Assembly: GCF_006345805.1 (NCBI RefSeq)
Contig: NC_043000.1
Coordinates: 99,820,001-99,884,000, forward strand
Length of the DNA: 64,000 nt
DNA from: Octopus sinensis
Lineage: Eukaryota
Direction: 5' to 3'
The stretch's first letter is position 1, and each line of letters opens with the position of its first letter. Under the pieces are notes generated by a model. That model did no database searches and was not told the DNA's origin. It worked only from the letters and a program-made list of their open reading frames with translations. The position numbers and the translations under genes were made by a program. Positions 25,023 to 38,109 of the stretch are shown in pieces.

Positions 25023-26504
25023 TATATATATATATACACAGAAGGAGGTATATTTAGGAGTTTACAAAGAATTTGAGATAAACTGACCTGTTTTACCATT
25101 TTGTCAGTTTCTGTGAAGCTAAATAAAGGCTGATTACTATTTAAAGGGACAGTGTGGGAGGTTGGTTTGGGTGGGGGGAAGGAGGAGCAATGTGGAATTG
25201 AAAGGAAATTTTTGTTGTTTCTCTTTAGTCTTTCACGGTTCAGTAGTTGTTGGGACTGGTCTGAGAGGTCAGAATGGTGTGAGTGTGTGTCTGTGTGTGT
25301 GTATATATACATGTGTTTGTGTTTCTGCGTGTGGGCTGTTTTAGATTGGTCCCAGGGTTTATTGTGGTGTATGTAAATGTGTCTGTGTGTGTTTAATATT
25401 TAGTAGAATGGTGTGTGTATATGTGTGCACGTTTGTGAGTGTGTATGTGTTTGATTAAAATTTGTTAGTGTGTTGTGTGTGCGCAAGTGTGTGTAAGTGT
25501 TTGCTCGCGTGTGTGTATGTGTGCGTCTGTGGGTGCGTACTTATGCTTGTGTGATTTTTTGTGTTGGTGGGGATGTTATGTGTGTGTACGTGAGTGTATG
25601 TGTACATGAGTGCGTGTATTTCTGTCTTAGTATGTTTGTGTTGTTATGATTGTCTTGGTGTTGTGTGTGTGTATATATATGTGTGTGATGGGTATTTGTC
25701 ATGGTGTTGTGTGCGCATGTGTGTGTATATGTGTTTGTTTGCAGTAGCCCGTCAGATAGATTGTACTTGTAATCCAAAAAGCCAGCCTTGTTTCACAACA
25801 AGACTGTGAATTATATGCTAAATCAGTGAACAGACCGTTCCTTGGATCAATCAATTGGAACATTCACCGTCGAGACCGACGGAGATCCATTTACATTAAC
25901 AATTTATGAATTTAAGTATTAAGTTAGGCAGAAGTATAGAGTAAAACAGTATTTATCAAGGGGAAAAGTGTATTATGAAGATTGAAAAGGTAGCGAACAA
26001 ATTATCATGTTTAATAAAATTGAGGTGGCTTTAAACTTAAATTTGTTTGACACCATGACAAAAAAGAAGCATTATATGAATGCAAACACTTTTTTGTTTT
26101 CTCATTAAAAGAGCGGAGAATATTCCACTAATAATTTTTATGGGGAACCTGATATTTGTCAGTTTGAGAATCGCTCGTGTAGAAGATAACATTATTCTAT
26201 GTTGAATGACTTAACGTGGTAATTAGAAACCGGTAGTTGTTGCTGTTAATGTTTGTATTAATCTATCAAAATATATTTCGAAACATTCCGGCATTAACTT
26301 AACAGGTAAAGCACGATAATTTACTTGTCAGCAGTTGGCAACTATCAGGTTTGGTTTAATAACTGCAATAAATGCAGCCCTTGCTGTCACATTTCGGTAT
26401 TAACAGGAAATTTCTACTTATGAAAGAGGTCATGAGATGACTGCCGAATCTCCTACCATGTTTGCTTAAAATTCATATGTCAACCGCTTCGTTATAAACG
26501 ATAG

Positions 26505-27070
26505 CTTCAAATTTTGGCATAAAACCAACAATTCTGGTGGAGGGGATAAGTCGATTACACCGACCTCAGTGCTCAATTGGTACTTATTTCATCGACCCTC
26601 GAAAGGATGAAAGGCAAAATCGACCTCATACGAAATACTTATTACTATTTCTTTATTTCTTTACTACCCACAAGGGGCTAAACACAGAGGGGACAAACAA
26701 GGACAGACAAACGAATTAAGTCGATTATATCGACCCCAGTGCGTAACTGGTACTTATTTAATCGACCCTGAAAGGATGAAAGGTAAAGTTGACCTCGGTG
26801 GAATCTGAACTCAGAACATAAAGACAGACTAAATACCTATTTCTTTACTACCCACAAGGGGCTACACACAGAGGGGACAAACAAGGACAGACAAACGAAT
26901 TAAGTCGATTATATCGACTCCAGTGCGTAACTGGTACTTATTTAATCGACCCCGAAAGTATGACAGGCAAAGTCGACCTCGGTGGAATCTGAACTCAAAA
27001 CGTAACGGCAGACGAAATACGGCTACGCATTTCGCCCGGCGTGCTAACGTTTCTGCCAGCTCGCCGCCTT
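26505..27070 (-). mobile_element. Nested/tandem array of three SINE family B units
   Basis: Unit aagtcgatta..atcgacc..gaaaggatga..gacctc three times; two units carry the Tx1-type tail. Confidence 0.88.
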
Positions 27071-27410
27071 CATTTCGTTATAATGATTTCTAGTACGTGT
27101 ATGTTTGAATGAACGCATGCAAATGGATACTTGTTAAATTCAGATGAATTTGTATGCAGCTCTTAAAAATGATCAGAGCAAGATTGAGTGGTAAATTCGG
27201 CTTGGGCGGTGGAGGGCACTGTTTTCTGTGTGAATAATTAATTTGATACATAATTCCTACGAGAAGAAATTGCTATTACTGCTGTTATAAAAGCCGTTCA
27301 AATCGTCCGCAACATTACCAAAAGAATGTACAATAAATGTTGTCTAATCTTTTTGTTTTCGAATGTGTTCGTTGAAGTTGTTAAAGAGAGATTTTATTTG
27401 GGCGGGGCGG

Positions 27411-27477
<67 letters not shown>

Positions 27478-27479
<2 letters not shown>

Positions 27480-27690
27480 GTTTAAAATTTTGTCACAAGG
27501 TAGCAATTTTAGGGAATGGGATGAGTCGATTATATCGACCCCAGTGTTTATCTGGAACTTATTTTATCGACCCCGAGACGATGAAAGGCAAAGTTGACCT
27601 CGACGGAATTTGAACTCAGAAAGTAAAGACGGACGAAATATCGCCAAGCATTCTGCCCGGCGGGTTAACGTTTCTGCCTGCTCGCCATCT
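27478..27690 (-). mobile_element. SINE family B with (ATT)n-type tail, in (TAA)n
   Basis: Same head and body as 26900-27070; minus strand tail ..cttgtgacaaaattttaaacc(att)n. Confidence 0.85.
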
Positions 27691-27789
27691 TAATAATAAT
27701 AATTATTTCAATTTTTTGCCACAAAGGAAGCTTGGAGAAGATGGGGACACTTAAATTGATAGGATTTTTCTAAGGATGTAACTAATAAT

Positions 27790-28930
27790 TACCAGCACAA
27801 ACTTATGGATTTATCTGAGACATGGTTCTCCTGGGATATTATCTAGCTGCTTCTGATATCCCTTTCTAATCATACCTAGGGTACCTACAATATCAGGAAC
27901 AATATTTGCCTTAAGATGCCACATCTTTTGTATTTCAATTTCCAGCTCCTTATATTTATTAAGTTTATCAAATTCCTTTACAGGTGTATTTTTATCAGTG
28001 GGAACATTTACATTTAGGGTCAGTATCGTTTTGAGGAACTTTAGCCTGGTAGTGTCTGCTAAGCGAGCTTTGATCTTGTGCTGCCAATATGAAACCTTCA
28101 GTCTCTGCTTTCAGTCCTGAACTTCTCAGCCACTGATGGATTGTTGCTTGGTCTGCATCAGCATTAATTTCGAAGAATATACTGTCCATGCAGAGACTTT
28201 TAGTTCTACTGCTCCTCAGTTAGTTTCTGTCCGTTTTTTTTTTGCAGTCTGCTTGATACGCTTTACTTCCTTGACAATAGAATGTGACTTTTTGTTGCTT
28301 TCAAGCCCAGCACCCACTCCTCTGTACTAGATAAGCACTTGTTCATTGCTATAGTGGAGGTCTTAAAGCAATATTCTAATTGCATAATGCCTCTTCCCTC
28401 ACTACTTCTAGGTAGGTACAGACGATAAACATCTGCTTTTGGGTGGTGAATGTTCTTAGATGTCAATAATTTTCTGGTCTTCCTGACCTGGCGCTGGTAG
28501 GATTTTAGTTAATGATAGAGTCTTATTCTCTTATAATATTCCTTTCTTATTTTCCCCCTCATAGTAGCATTATGTACACCATCTCTTTCGTTTATTCCAA
28601 GGTATTTATAATTTTCTTGTGGGTCAAGTTCATTGATTGTAGTGTCTAATTTAATGGAACTGTATGTCTGATCTTGCCTCATACAAAAGTTGCTTAAGCA
28701 CATTTATCGAGGCCAAAATCCATCCTAACGTCATTGCTAAGCTCATGATCAGAGATGCACCAAACATCAGCCACCAAGTGGTTAAGGTCAAGCAAATGAT
28801 AAGCAAATATTTGGTATTGAGCAGAATATTTGCTGCAACCCATCTTTTACGTCAAGACAAAACATGATAACTCTTCCAATCTGCTAAGATCAGAAGCCAT
28901 GAGAGGCAGTGCCTGGTTTTGTATCAGGGG
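27790..28930 (-). mobile_element. Internally deleted R4/Dong-like LINE retaining its 5' end
   Basis: YKYLGINE, HHPKADVYRLYLPRSSEGRG, WLRSSGLKAETEGFILAAQDQ, KYKELEIEIQKMWHL; 5' segment 28740-28930 homologous to 4955-5160. Confidence 0.85.
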
Positions 28931-29014
28931 ATTTGCATTGTCCCTCTCATCCTTCGCCCTTGTGGCAAATAAATGAAACCACCACCACCATCATCATCAT
29001 CATCATAATTATAT

Positions 29015-29613
29015 TGTCTTTGCACAGCTTTTAACGCTGGAGATGTTCTACGATGTCAGCTGTTCACTACCAGTGAACTAAGGTAACACACCTTGTTTTT
29101 CACGCACCACCCGGAGTATTCGAGCGGCTCCAACGTTTATTGCAGCCCCTTTTTGTTCCATGTACTTCTCAAGATTTTTACTCACAGTTCCCAAGGCTCC
29201 AACAATTATTGATCTTACTACCACCTTTTTCAGCGACCACAATTACTTTACCCCCCAAGCTAACCTGTTATATCTATCGTCTTTTCTTTCTTCCTTATCG
29301 CATACCTTCTTGTCAGCTGGACATGCTAAATCTATGATCTAACATCGTTTGCTTTTTTTCTCAATTAGCACTATGTCAGGTTTCCTATTCTCTATCTCAT
29401 AGTCGCAATGAATCATAAAATCCCGTAGGATCTTTACATTATCATTTTCGACGATGCTTTCGGGTTTATGTTCGTACCACTATTTTGCTCTGTGAAGTTC
29501 ATACCTGTTGCAAAGTGTCCAATGGACAAGCCTTACTATATTGTCATGACGTCTCTTATATTCTTTCTGAGCTAGTGGCGTATATTGATTGGTAATATGT
29601 CATACGGTTTCAC

Positions 29614-29615
<2 letters not shown>
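29015..29615 (-). mobile_element. 3' fragment of a second R4/Dong-like family
   Basis: RRHDNIV..VHW, WYEHKPE..EN, RKPDIVLI, IIDLACP; 3' UTR matches 55690-55775. Confidence 0.82.
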
Positions 29616-29654
<39 letters not shown>

Positions 29655-29882
29655 TATTATTATTATTATTTTGTATAATTACATGATAAAGAAAAAGATG
29701 AGGTTTGATATTCCACTGGTTATTTAATTTAGAAATGAAGGAACAAAAAAAAAAAATGATTTATTTTAATTTTTCTCTTGAAACCTTAACTTCACTTAAC
29801 GTAATTAACTTTTGAAAACAGGATTTAAATGAATTTGTTATCAGAAATTAATTGAGTGCCTGTACATAAAATGTGTTATATG

Positions 29883-29951
<69 letters not shown>

Positions 29952-31065
29952 TGTATGTATGTATGTATGTATGTATGTATGTATGTATGTATTATGCTTA
30001 TGTAGATGTATAAGGTGTTGCACTGGATGATGTACTCAAAAACTTTCTTAATGAATTGTGATTTGCCCTTCTGTTAGAGAAAGAAAACAAAAACCTAATA
30101 TCAAAGGCTCTCATAAAGCTGCGGAGCGAAATTAATTTCACAGAAAACTAAACTTTTATGTTTTGAGAGAAAATCAGATTTTTGCTGGCAGGCAAGATGA
30201 AAGCTATGAATATGTTTCGGTTTTGTTAAACCTCATCAACATAAGATTGTCAGTATCATTATGTGTGTAAATGCATCATCATCATCATCATCGTCATCAT
30301 CATCATTATCATCATCATCATCATCATCATCATCGTGGTCGTTGTTACCCTTCCTGCTCCTTCTCCTGCTTTTCCTTCTCATCCTCCAACATCCTCATCA
30401 TCATTATCATCATCATCATCATCATCATCATCTCTTCCTTCTAATCATTATCATCGCCATCGCTGTTGTTGTCCTCCTCCTACCCCCGTCTCATGCCCTC
30501 CTCTCTTTTCTTTTCCACATCCTCCCCTTCCTTCCCCTCCTTTTCCCTCTTCCGCATCCTCTCTCCTCCCCTTTTCACCCTCACCCTCGCCACTCCTCAT
30601 CCACACACCACCCCTCCTTCACACACCACTCCTCCTTCACACAACACTCCTCCTCCACACATCACCTCTCCTCATAATACCCCTCCTCCTCACCTCGCAC
30701 CCCCTTCCCTCTTCCCCATCGCCTCGCCTCCCCGCTCCTCTCCTCACATCTCTATCGTTTTAACGTCTAACATTCTATCCTTACATGTCTCAGATGGAAT
30801 TCGTCAAAGTGGAATATCCTCGGACGGATGTCTTTCCTGTCGCCAACACACCTATTTGGAAGCAAGGTAATAATTTCCCATGGTCAAATGAATTTTGACT
30901 TAAAGTAAAACATGACGGATACCGCTTGTATGACGGTGAAAGTTTACAACTGTCACACTATGTCAAGACATGACACAAACATAAGTACATATAAATATAT
31001 ATACATACATACATACATATATATATATATTATATATATATATTATACATATATATATATATATA

Positions 31066-31630
31066 CTAGCAGTATCGCCCGGCGTTGCTCGGGTTTGTAA
31101 GGGAAATAACTATATAAGTATTTTTAGAGAGTTATAACCAAAAAATAGCAAAAAAAATGCATTAAAAATGGAAAAAAAATTATGGTAAATTTTTTTTTAA
31201 ATCGTTGACTCATCGTAGACATTTTCTGTTTTGGTGTCTTCAAGCCATGAAGTCGTTGTTCTAAAAGAACGCTGGTCTCCTTGACAACGCTTTACGACGT
31301 TGATTTCCTTACACTCCCTTCCCCACAGCTTCACGAGGGAGGGAAGAAGGGGGAGAAGCAACACAGGTGCAGGCGTGAGCGTGGACGCCAACTCCGCCGC
31401 CATCGACACACGAAAAAATACGCATTAAAATGGAATAAAAAATTATGTTAAATTATTTTTAAAATCGTAGACTCATCGTAGACGCGCGCTAATACCCAGA
31501 CGGGCTCGATATGAATCACGACTATAAGATACCCGGTTTTGGTTAAACTGCACCGCAAAATGTGGGAGTAGTTAGGAATCTAAATCGAAGGGGACAGACA
31601 CTCAAACAACTACAGTTTTATATATATAGA
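31066..31630 (-). mobile_element. Non-autonomous Helitron (565 bp)
   Basis: Minus strand A|TC 5' end at 31630, subterminal hairpin cccgagcaacgccggg, CTAG|T 3' end at 31066. Confidence 0.85.
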
Positions 31631-31792
31631 TATATATACATACATACATATATATATATATATTGTGAAGTGGTCAAAGCTGAAATTCTTAGAACCCCTT
31701 GGAGTCAATATTCTGTCCAGCAGACCAAAAAAATACTTTCCTTCTTCTTCCCTCTCCCTTCCCCTCTTTCTCTTTAGCACTCACCTCAGATA

Positions 31793-31825
<33 letters not shown>

Positions 31826-32098
31826 CACATACACATATACACATATTCTCTCTCTCACTTTCTCCTCATCCACCTCACCCTCTTGTGCTGTCTTATATTC
31901 CTCCCCACACTACGAAACTCTATAAAATGATTAAAATTCCCCACAAAGGAACTTATTTTGATTTGAAAACCCCACTAAAATGGGAGAAAGCGCTAATGAT
32001 CTAAGTGATATGATATATATATATATATATATAATGTAATATATGAATAAATATCTGTAAAATAACCATCCGATCTTCTGATTACCTCATTTCTTCTA

Positions 32099-32130
<32 letters not shown>

Positions 32131-32168
32131 TATATATATAATATATATATATTATAATAAATATATAT

Positions 32169-32379
32169 GTAGGTCCCGGGTTGATTCGGGGTTAACCACA
32201 GTAAATAAGGTACTCAATACATAGCAGAGTAAAATTAATTTATTATATAGAAGGAGCTTCTACAGGACTAGAACTGTTTCATTCAAGAGAAATCTTCAGG
32301 AAGCTAGTTAACTAGCTTCCTGAAGATTCTCTTTGAATGAAACAGTTCTAGTCCTGTAGAAGCTCCTTCTATATAATAA
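32169..32379. mobile_element. Penelope-type inverted pLTR pair forming a 140-bp palindrome (32240-32379)
   Basis: 70-bp arms centred on ctagtt|aactag; CTGAAGA..GAAAC..GTC on both strands. Confidence 0.75.
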
Positions 32380-33065
32380 TTATATATATATATATATATA
32401 TTGATCAAAATAAAAATAAAAACATGATGCGAAGGATTCATTTTTATTTTGATCAATTTACTCCACCACCTACACCACCAAACGGTATACACAGGTGCTT
32501 ATAATTATCAAGTACTCACCCCGAATTTCTATATATATATATATATAGATATAGATATATATATATATATGAGTGTGTGTGCGTGTACATACACACACAC
32601 ACAACAGGCTTCTTTCAGTTTCCGTCGCTGAAATATATTCACAAGGCTTTGGTCGGCCTGGACCATGGTAGAAGGCAATCTGCTCAACCTGAAACCGCAT
32701 TACCGGCAAGTAAACTTCTTAACCGTGCAGCACAGTCTGTACCTATGTACACACACACACACACACACACCACACACACACACACATGTACGCACGCACA
32801 CCTATACGTATGGTTGTATTTGTTCAAGTGCTCGTATGAATGTTTTTTGCGCGTCCTCTATTGTTAATCTCTGAGTAACAACGGCGATAGTGTTAACATT
32901 TTTCGCAATCAATATATTCCGCGGGTCAGTAAATGTGTCGTATGTAAAGACAGCTGGAATAAAAATGATTTATTTGCAAAACAATTAAAGAAACATCCGG
33001 CCGTACATACTGCCTGAATAAACGTCATCTTAAGTATGCATACATAGATATATGATATGGATATA

Positions 33066-33398
33066 TCGTGGCTCTCCGTCGGTTACGACGACATGCAAGT
33101 GGCAGAGCACTCCACAGGCACGTGTACCCTTAACGTAGTTCTTGGGGAGATTCAGCGTGACGCAGTGTGTGCAAGGCTGGTCCTTTGAAATACAGGTACA
33201 ACAGAAACGGGAAGAAAGAGTGAGAGAAAGTTGTGGTGAAAGAGTACAGCATGGTTGCCACCACTCTTTGTCGGAGCTTCGTGAGGCTTTAGGTGTTTTC
33301 GCTCAATAAACACTCACAACGACTGGTCTGGGAATCGAAACCACGATCTCATGACTTCGAGTCCGTTGTCCTAACCACTGGGCCATTGCGCCTCCACT
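33066..33398 (-). mobile_element. tRNA-derived SINE family D
   Basis: Minus strand A box tggcccagtgg and B box gtttcgattcc; 3' half (cacgctgaatc..aagggtac..gtcgtaaccgacgga) shared with 43395-43560. Confidence 0.82.
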
Positions 33399-33448
33399 AT
33401 GGATATATATAACATACAGAAAACAGGTATGGTATTCAATGGTTTATA

Positions 33449-34986
33449 CGAGGTGGTATCAAAAGGTTCTCGGACTAGTTATAATTAATAAAAAATGACT
33501 TATTTACCTAAGTTTTGATATGATCTCCTTCGAAATAGTCACCTTGCTCAACAATACACCTGTCCCAGCGTTCCTGCCACTTTTGGAATCAGGCCTGGAA
33601 GTTATTTTCCATAAGCGAGTCGAGAACCTTCTGCGATTCGCTCTGGATCTCGGCAACGGTGTTAAAACGCGTCTAGGACATTTCCCCCCCCCCCCATAGA
33701 CAATAACCCTCCCCCAAGGACAATTACCCCTGAGGCCAAAAGATGATGATTTCAAACTCCTTAATATATTAGAGAGGGGTAATTAACCAAGGAAGGGGGG
33801 GGGGGGTAATTGTCCTAGGGGTACTTGTCGTCGAGGGGAATTGTCCTATGGGTGGGGAGGGGGTAATTATTTTCGTGGGGTAATTGTCCTGATACGTTTA
33901 AAACGGCGACTTTTTAGCTGCATTTTCATCTTAGGGAAGTGATGGAGGTCCGCAGGTGCTAAATCCGCAGTGCGGAAGCAATACCGTGTTGTTTTTGGGA
34001 TGAAACTCGCGAGTGAGAAGTGCTTGGTAACAGGGTGCAGTGTTGTCGTAAAGAATCCAGTTCTTCGCACTCCAGAGATCCTGTCGCTTTCACCGAATGT
34101 CCTCCCTCAAACACTTCAAAACGTCGCAGTAAAACTCTCGATTGACGGTCTGACTCTGGGGGACGCGTTCTCGTTGCACAATATCGAGGATGTCGAAAAA
34201 AAAAACATGAGTATGCTCTCTAGACTGAGCTGCAGCTTTGTCATGCCTTATTCGGTCGTGGAGATGAAGTGCTTTTCCATTGTGACGACTGCTGCTTCGT
34301 TTCAGGGTCATACCCGTAGACCCAACTCTCGTCACCGGTAATGATTCTCGACACGAAGGATGGGTCATCAGTGGAACGCTGATGGAGATTATGACTCCGA
34401 CGCGATGTTATTTCTGCTCAGTGGTCAGTAGGAGGTTTACAAACAGAATTTGTACGCCTCATGTTCAGTTCAGACGTTAGGATTGCCTGCACGGACCCAT
34501 ACAACAGACCAACAACATCAGCAATGTCGTTTATTGTCCTCCAGCGATCCTCATGTACAAGCTAATGAACTTTTTCCACATTTCCGGAGGTGACGCTCGT
34601 GGCAGGACTTCCACATCACTGTTTCAGGGACGTACTTCTGCTTTTTAAGCGTCCGTGTCACACGAAACATTGCGTACACCCCATTGCTTCACCGCCGTAA
34701 GCTTGCCGAAGCATGCTCATTTTTTCTGTAGCTGACTTCCCAAGTTTAACGCAAAATTTCACGTTGGCTCTTTGTTCCAATTTCCTGTCCATGACAAAAA
34801 TCACAGACTACATCATACATGTGATCACAAAAACACAAATTTCACATCTTGCGAAGTAAACACAGCGATGTTACTCGGCACACTGCCTCATGAAGGTCAC
34901 TACTAGCTCTCACTGCGCACGCAACCGTGTTCTGCCATCTGTTGGGGAGCCACAGAACTAGTTCGGGAACTGTTTGATACCTTTTA
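33449..34986 (-). mobile_element. Mariner element, decayed, with TIRs
   Basis: TIRs ggtatcaaaaggttctcggactag / ctagttcgggaactgtttgatacc, TA flank; ITGDESWVYGYD and ADLAPADLHHFPKMK motifs. Confidence 0.88.
33670..33896. mobile_element. G/C-run MITE (Mutator-like, 9-bp TSD) inserted in the mariner
   Basis: Termini cgtctaggaca / tgtcctgatacg; TSD gttaaaacg (33661-33669) / tttaaaacg (33897-33905); second copy at 43080-43338. Confidence 0.75.
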
Positions 34987-35271
34987 TACGCGTGTTTCTC
35001 AAACTGTCGACATAGTTACATTATAATTGTAGAAAATGCAAATTTACGTCATGAGTTTTCTCCAATACTTTGAGTACGTGTCACACCTCTCAGTGTCTTT
35101 ATGATATATATATATATATATGTATATATATGTAATAAATTAATAAATAAATAAAACATATGCATATATACATACATACATATATGTACGTACCTACCTC
35201 TACATGTATATATACATGCATATATGGGTACAGGGCACCAAAAAAACGTCGAACACAATGAGTAACGAAAA

Positions 35272-36439
35272 CATCTCCACAATCAAGGCAAGCGAGATCT
35301 CTTCCTCTCCAGTCTGGCTACCAGTTCGTGCCTCCACCGAATCCATAGCGAACAGCCGATCGACCGCAGCAATCAGGACAATCCCACTTCTGACACCAGT
35401 TGTTACGAATCACCTGCCGTCGCTCAAACTCTTCGGAAAACCCGGGACCCTACCAAGTCGAGCGACGACGATCGACCGGCTCGATCGAACGGTGAATTCG
35501 CCACGGACTCAGATAGAGAGAGAATTCGGTGCGGGGAAGGCGGCAGCGAACCCGGCAACCGGCGACCGGAGAGAACAACAATAACAACAACAGCAGGAAG
35601 AGACACAGAGAGACACGGCCGAAGCCAATTTGGCTTACGTTTAACAACAATAGTTTATAACAATTGTTACATCAAATACATCAAAGAAAATACATGCAAG
35701 AAAGCAAGAAAACAACAAATCAAAGCATGCAGATACAATATACAGTTCAGGTCAATTAATGTTCAGATCAATTTAAAACAAATAACGTTCACATTAACGA
35801 TACAGTTCAGTCCGGAGACAACAGTTCTACATTAGAGTATTTCTCCTTCTTTCTTTCTTTTCAACAACTCTTTTCACAATGTCTTTACACAATTCAGTAC
35901 TTCTTCCTCCTTTTTTTAACACATCAATTCTTTTACATTTCAACAATTCCTTTTCCTTCTTTAACACGTATCAAAACATAAATAAACATACCGTTACGAG
36001 CTACTACAATAGCCAGTGCCCTCATACCGTAGTCCCTCTCTCTTAGCTCCTCAATCCTATCTGTCTGTCTTCCTCTACGCTGTCGTTGCCTCCAGCCGTA
36101 ATCCTATCTGCCTGTCTTCCTCTTTCACATTCACTGTCATTCTCTCGCTTGTCATCCCTCACATTGTCTGTCTGTCTTTCTCAACTGACCGCCTTCGTAT
36201 CACTCCCGCCTCTGGCCAGAACTGCTGGCCGACTGTCCAACAGACTCACAGTTCCTGCTTTTTATAGGGTAGCTTCCTCGACCCTCTTTGACCGGAACAA
36301 GGCCAAAGGTCTCCTCAAAACTCATTAATCCTTCCAGAATCTGACGGAACAAAGGACAATAACTTTGTATTCCAGACTTTCAGACTACAACGAGCAAAGT
36401 AAGTCATAGCATTTGTTTCCCGAATTGACCCCCATAACA
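35272..36439 (-). mobile_element. Truncated Gypsy-type LTR retrotransposon: 5' LTR (36439-35401), PBS and first gag codons
   Basis: LTR TGTTA...TAACA, minus strand TATAAAA near 36260, PBS 2 nt after the LTR, ATG at 35346 opening MDSVEARTGSQTGEEEISLALIVEM. Confidence 0.85.
35381..35398 (-). promoter_or_regulatory. Primer-binding site TGGTGTCAGAAGTGGGAT (tRNA-Leu type)
   Basis: 18 nt complementary to a tRNA-Leu 3' end including CCA, immediately after the LTR-terminal CA. Confidence 0.85.
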
Positions 36440-36444
36440 ATATA

Positions 36445-36503
<59 letters not shown>

Positions 36504-36535
36504 CATATATAATAATAATAATAATAATAATAATG

Positions 36536-36573
<38 letters not shown>

Positions 36574-36574
<1 letters not shown>

Positions 36575-36908
36575 GGGAGCATCATAGCCATGTGTTGAGA
36601 GGGATTCTTTGGGGTTTGGATAATTCACCTCTGGAAACATGAGTGTTTCGTTCAACATCCTTAAACAACCCTTATTCAGGGACCTTTTGAGTGGGATGGG
36701 TTACTCGACCAGAAGAAAACTTTAACTGGGCCCCCACCTGCAAGGTCATGTGCTGTTTATCTTGATATAAGATCACTATGTCGCGCACATATGGTTGTGA
36801 TGCATGTGCCCAGTGTACCCTTATCAGACGGGTAGTCATGATGGGTATACTGGGCTTTGTATATTTTACCCCATTGTCACTTCGATGGCATGCACTGCTC
36901 TCTCATCC

Positions 36909-36910
<2 letters not shown>
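36574..36910 (+). mobile_element. 5'-truncated copy of the 4608-5162 element in (TAA)n
   Basis: Reverse complement match to 4608-4942. Confidence 0.85.
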
Positions 36911-36945
<35 letters not shown>

Positions 36946-37004
36946 TTAATAATAATAATAATAATAATAGTAATAACAATAACAACAACAACAACAACAA
37001 CAAC

Positions 37005-37067
<63 letters not shown>

Positions 37068-38109
37068 GGGTAAAATCATAAATGATTTTTACCAAGTGGT
37101 CAGCGCGGGAATAAAACCTCATAGGTAAATTTTATAGATATTTTATAATCATATACATAATTGTAACAAGGGCTTGGCTTGCGCCTAACCACGTCAGAAT
37201 CGACTTAGCTATAAAGTTAAAACATAGAAACCCGACTTGGATGGTAAACTAAACCTATCATTCGTTTTGGCACGGCAATCTGCCTTTATCGGTGTCCACT
37301 ACTTTACAAACATCGTGTTCAGGAGAAAATGCCTCTTTGTAACCTAGATTCAAAACGCTTTCATTAGAATTTATTTCAACGACACCATTAGGTTAGTTGC
37401 GCATGTTTGTGTATACATGCGCAAATATTTGGAGTTGCGCAAATCTGTATATATTGTTTTATGTATGTATACTCATACATATTGCTACGTGTTTAGACAT
37501 GTACTAAACTTTTGGTAAGTTTTACATATTTTGACAGCTTCATCGACAGCTTTTTTGAGATTTATTTCAATTTTTCCTCGTAGAATTCAAACCGCTCACT
37601 AACAAAGTGCAAAACTTTTATGTTTAGAAACAAGACAGCCACGAGTATTTGTGAAAAATGGGTGATTTCTTTTTTTTTTCTTGTTATGGTCTGAATCTTT
37701 ATGTTTGTACGTATGCAATATTCACCAATGTGATTGCGTTTGTATAGTCTATGTTAGGAAACTCACACAGAAACTCTTTAGAATGTTTTACAAATCATCA
37801 TCATCATCATGATCATCCTCATTTTCTTCTTCTCCTCCTCGCTCCTGCTCCTGCTCCTCCCCTTATCCTCTCATCCCTCTTCCTCTCCTCCCTCTTCCCC
37901 ACCTCCTCTTCCTCCTCGTCCTCATTCTCGTTCTCGTCGTCCACCTCCTCCTCCTCCTCCTCCTCCTCCTCGTCCTCCTCGTCCTCCTTCTTCTCCTTCT
38001 CCTTCTCCTTCTCCTTCTTCTTCTCCTCCTTCTTCTTCTTCTTCTTCTTCTTCTCCTTCTTTTTCTTCTTCTTCTTCTTTATATATATATTCTCTCACTT
38101 TTTAAACAG

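Noticed and set aside
30261-30870. Ser/His/Pro-rich ORFs (also 37751-38105 and 41367-41721)
   Set aside because: Low-complexity (CAT)n/(CCT)n/(TTC)n tracts open in several frames; no domain or splice evidence.
33330-33398. tRNA-like sequences with A and B boxes (all SINE heads)
   Set aside because: They continue into SINE bodies and lack a complete cloverleaf; not tRNA genes.
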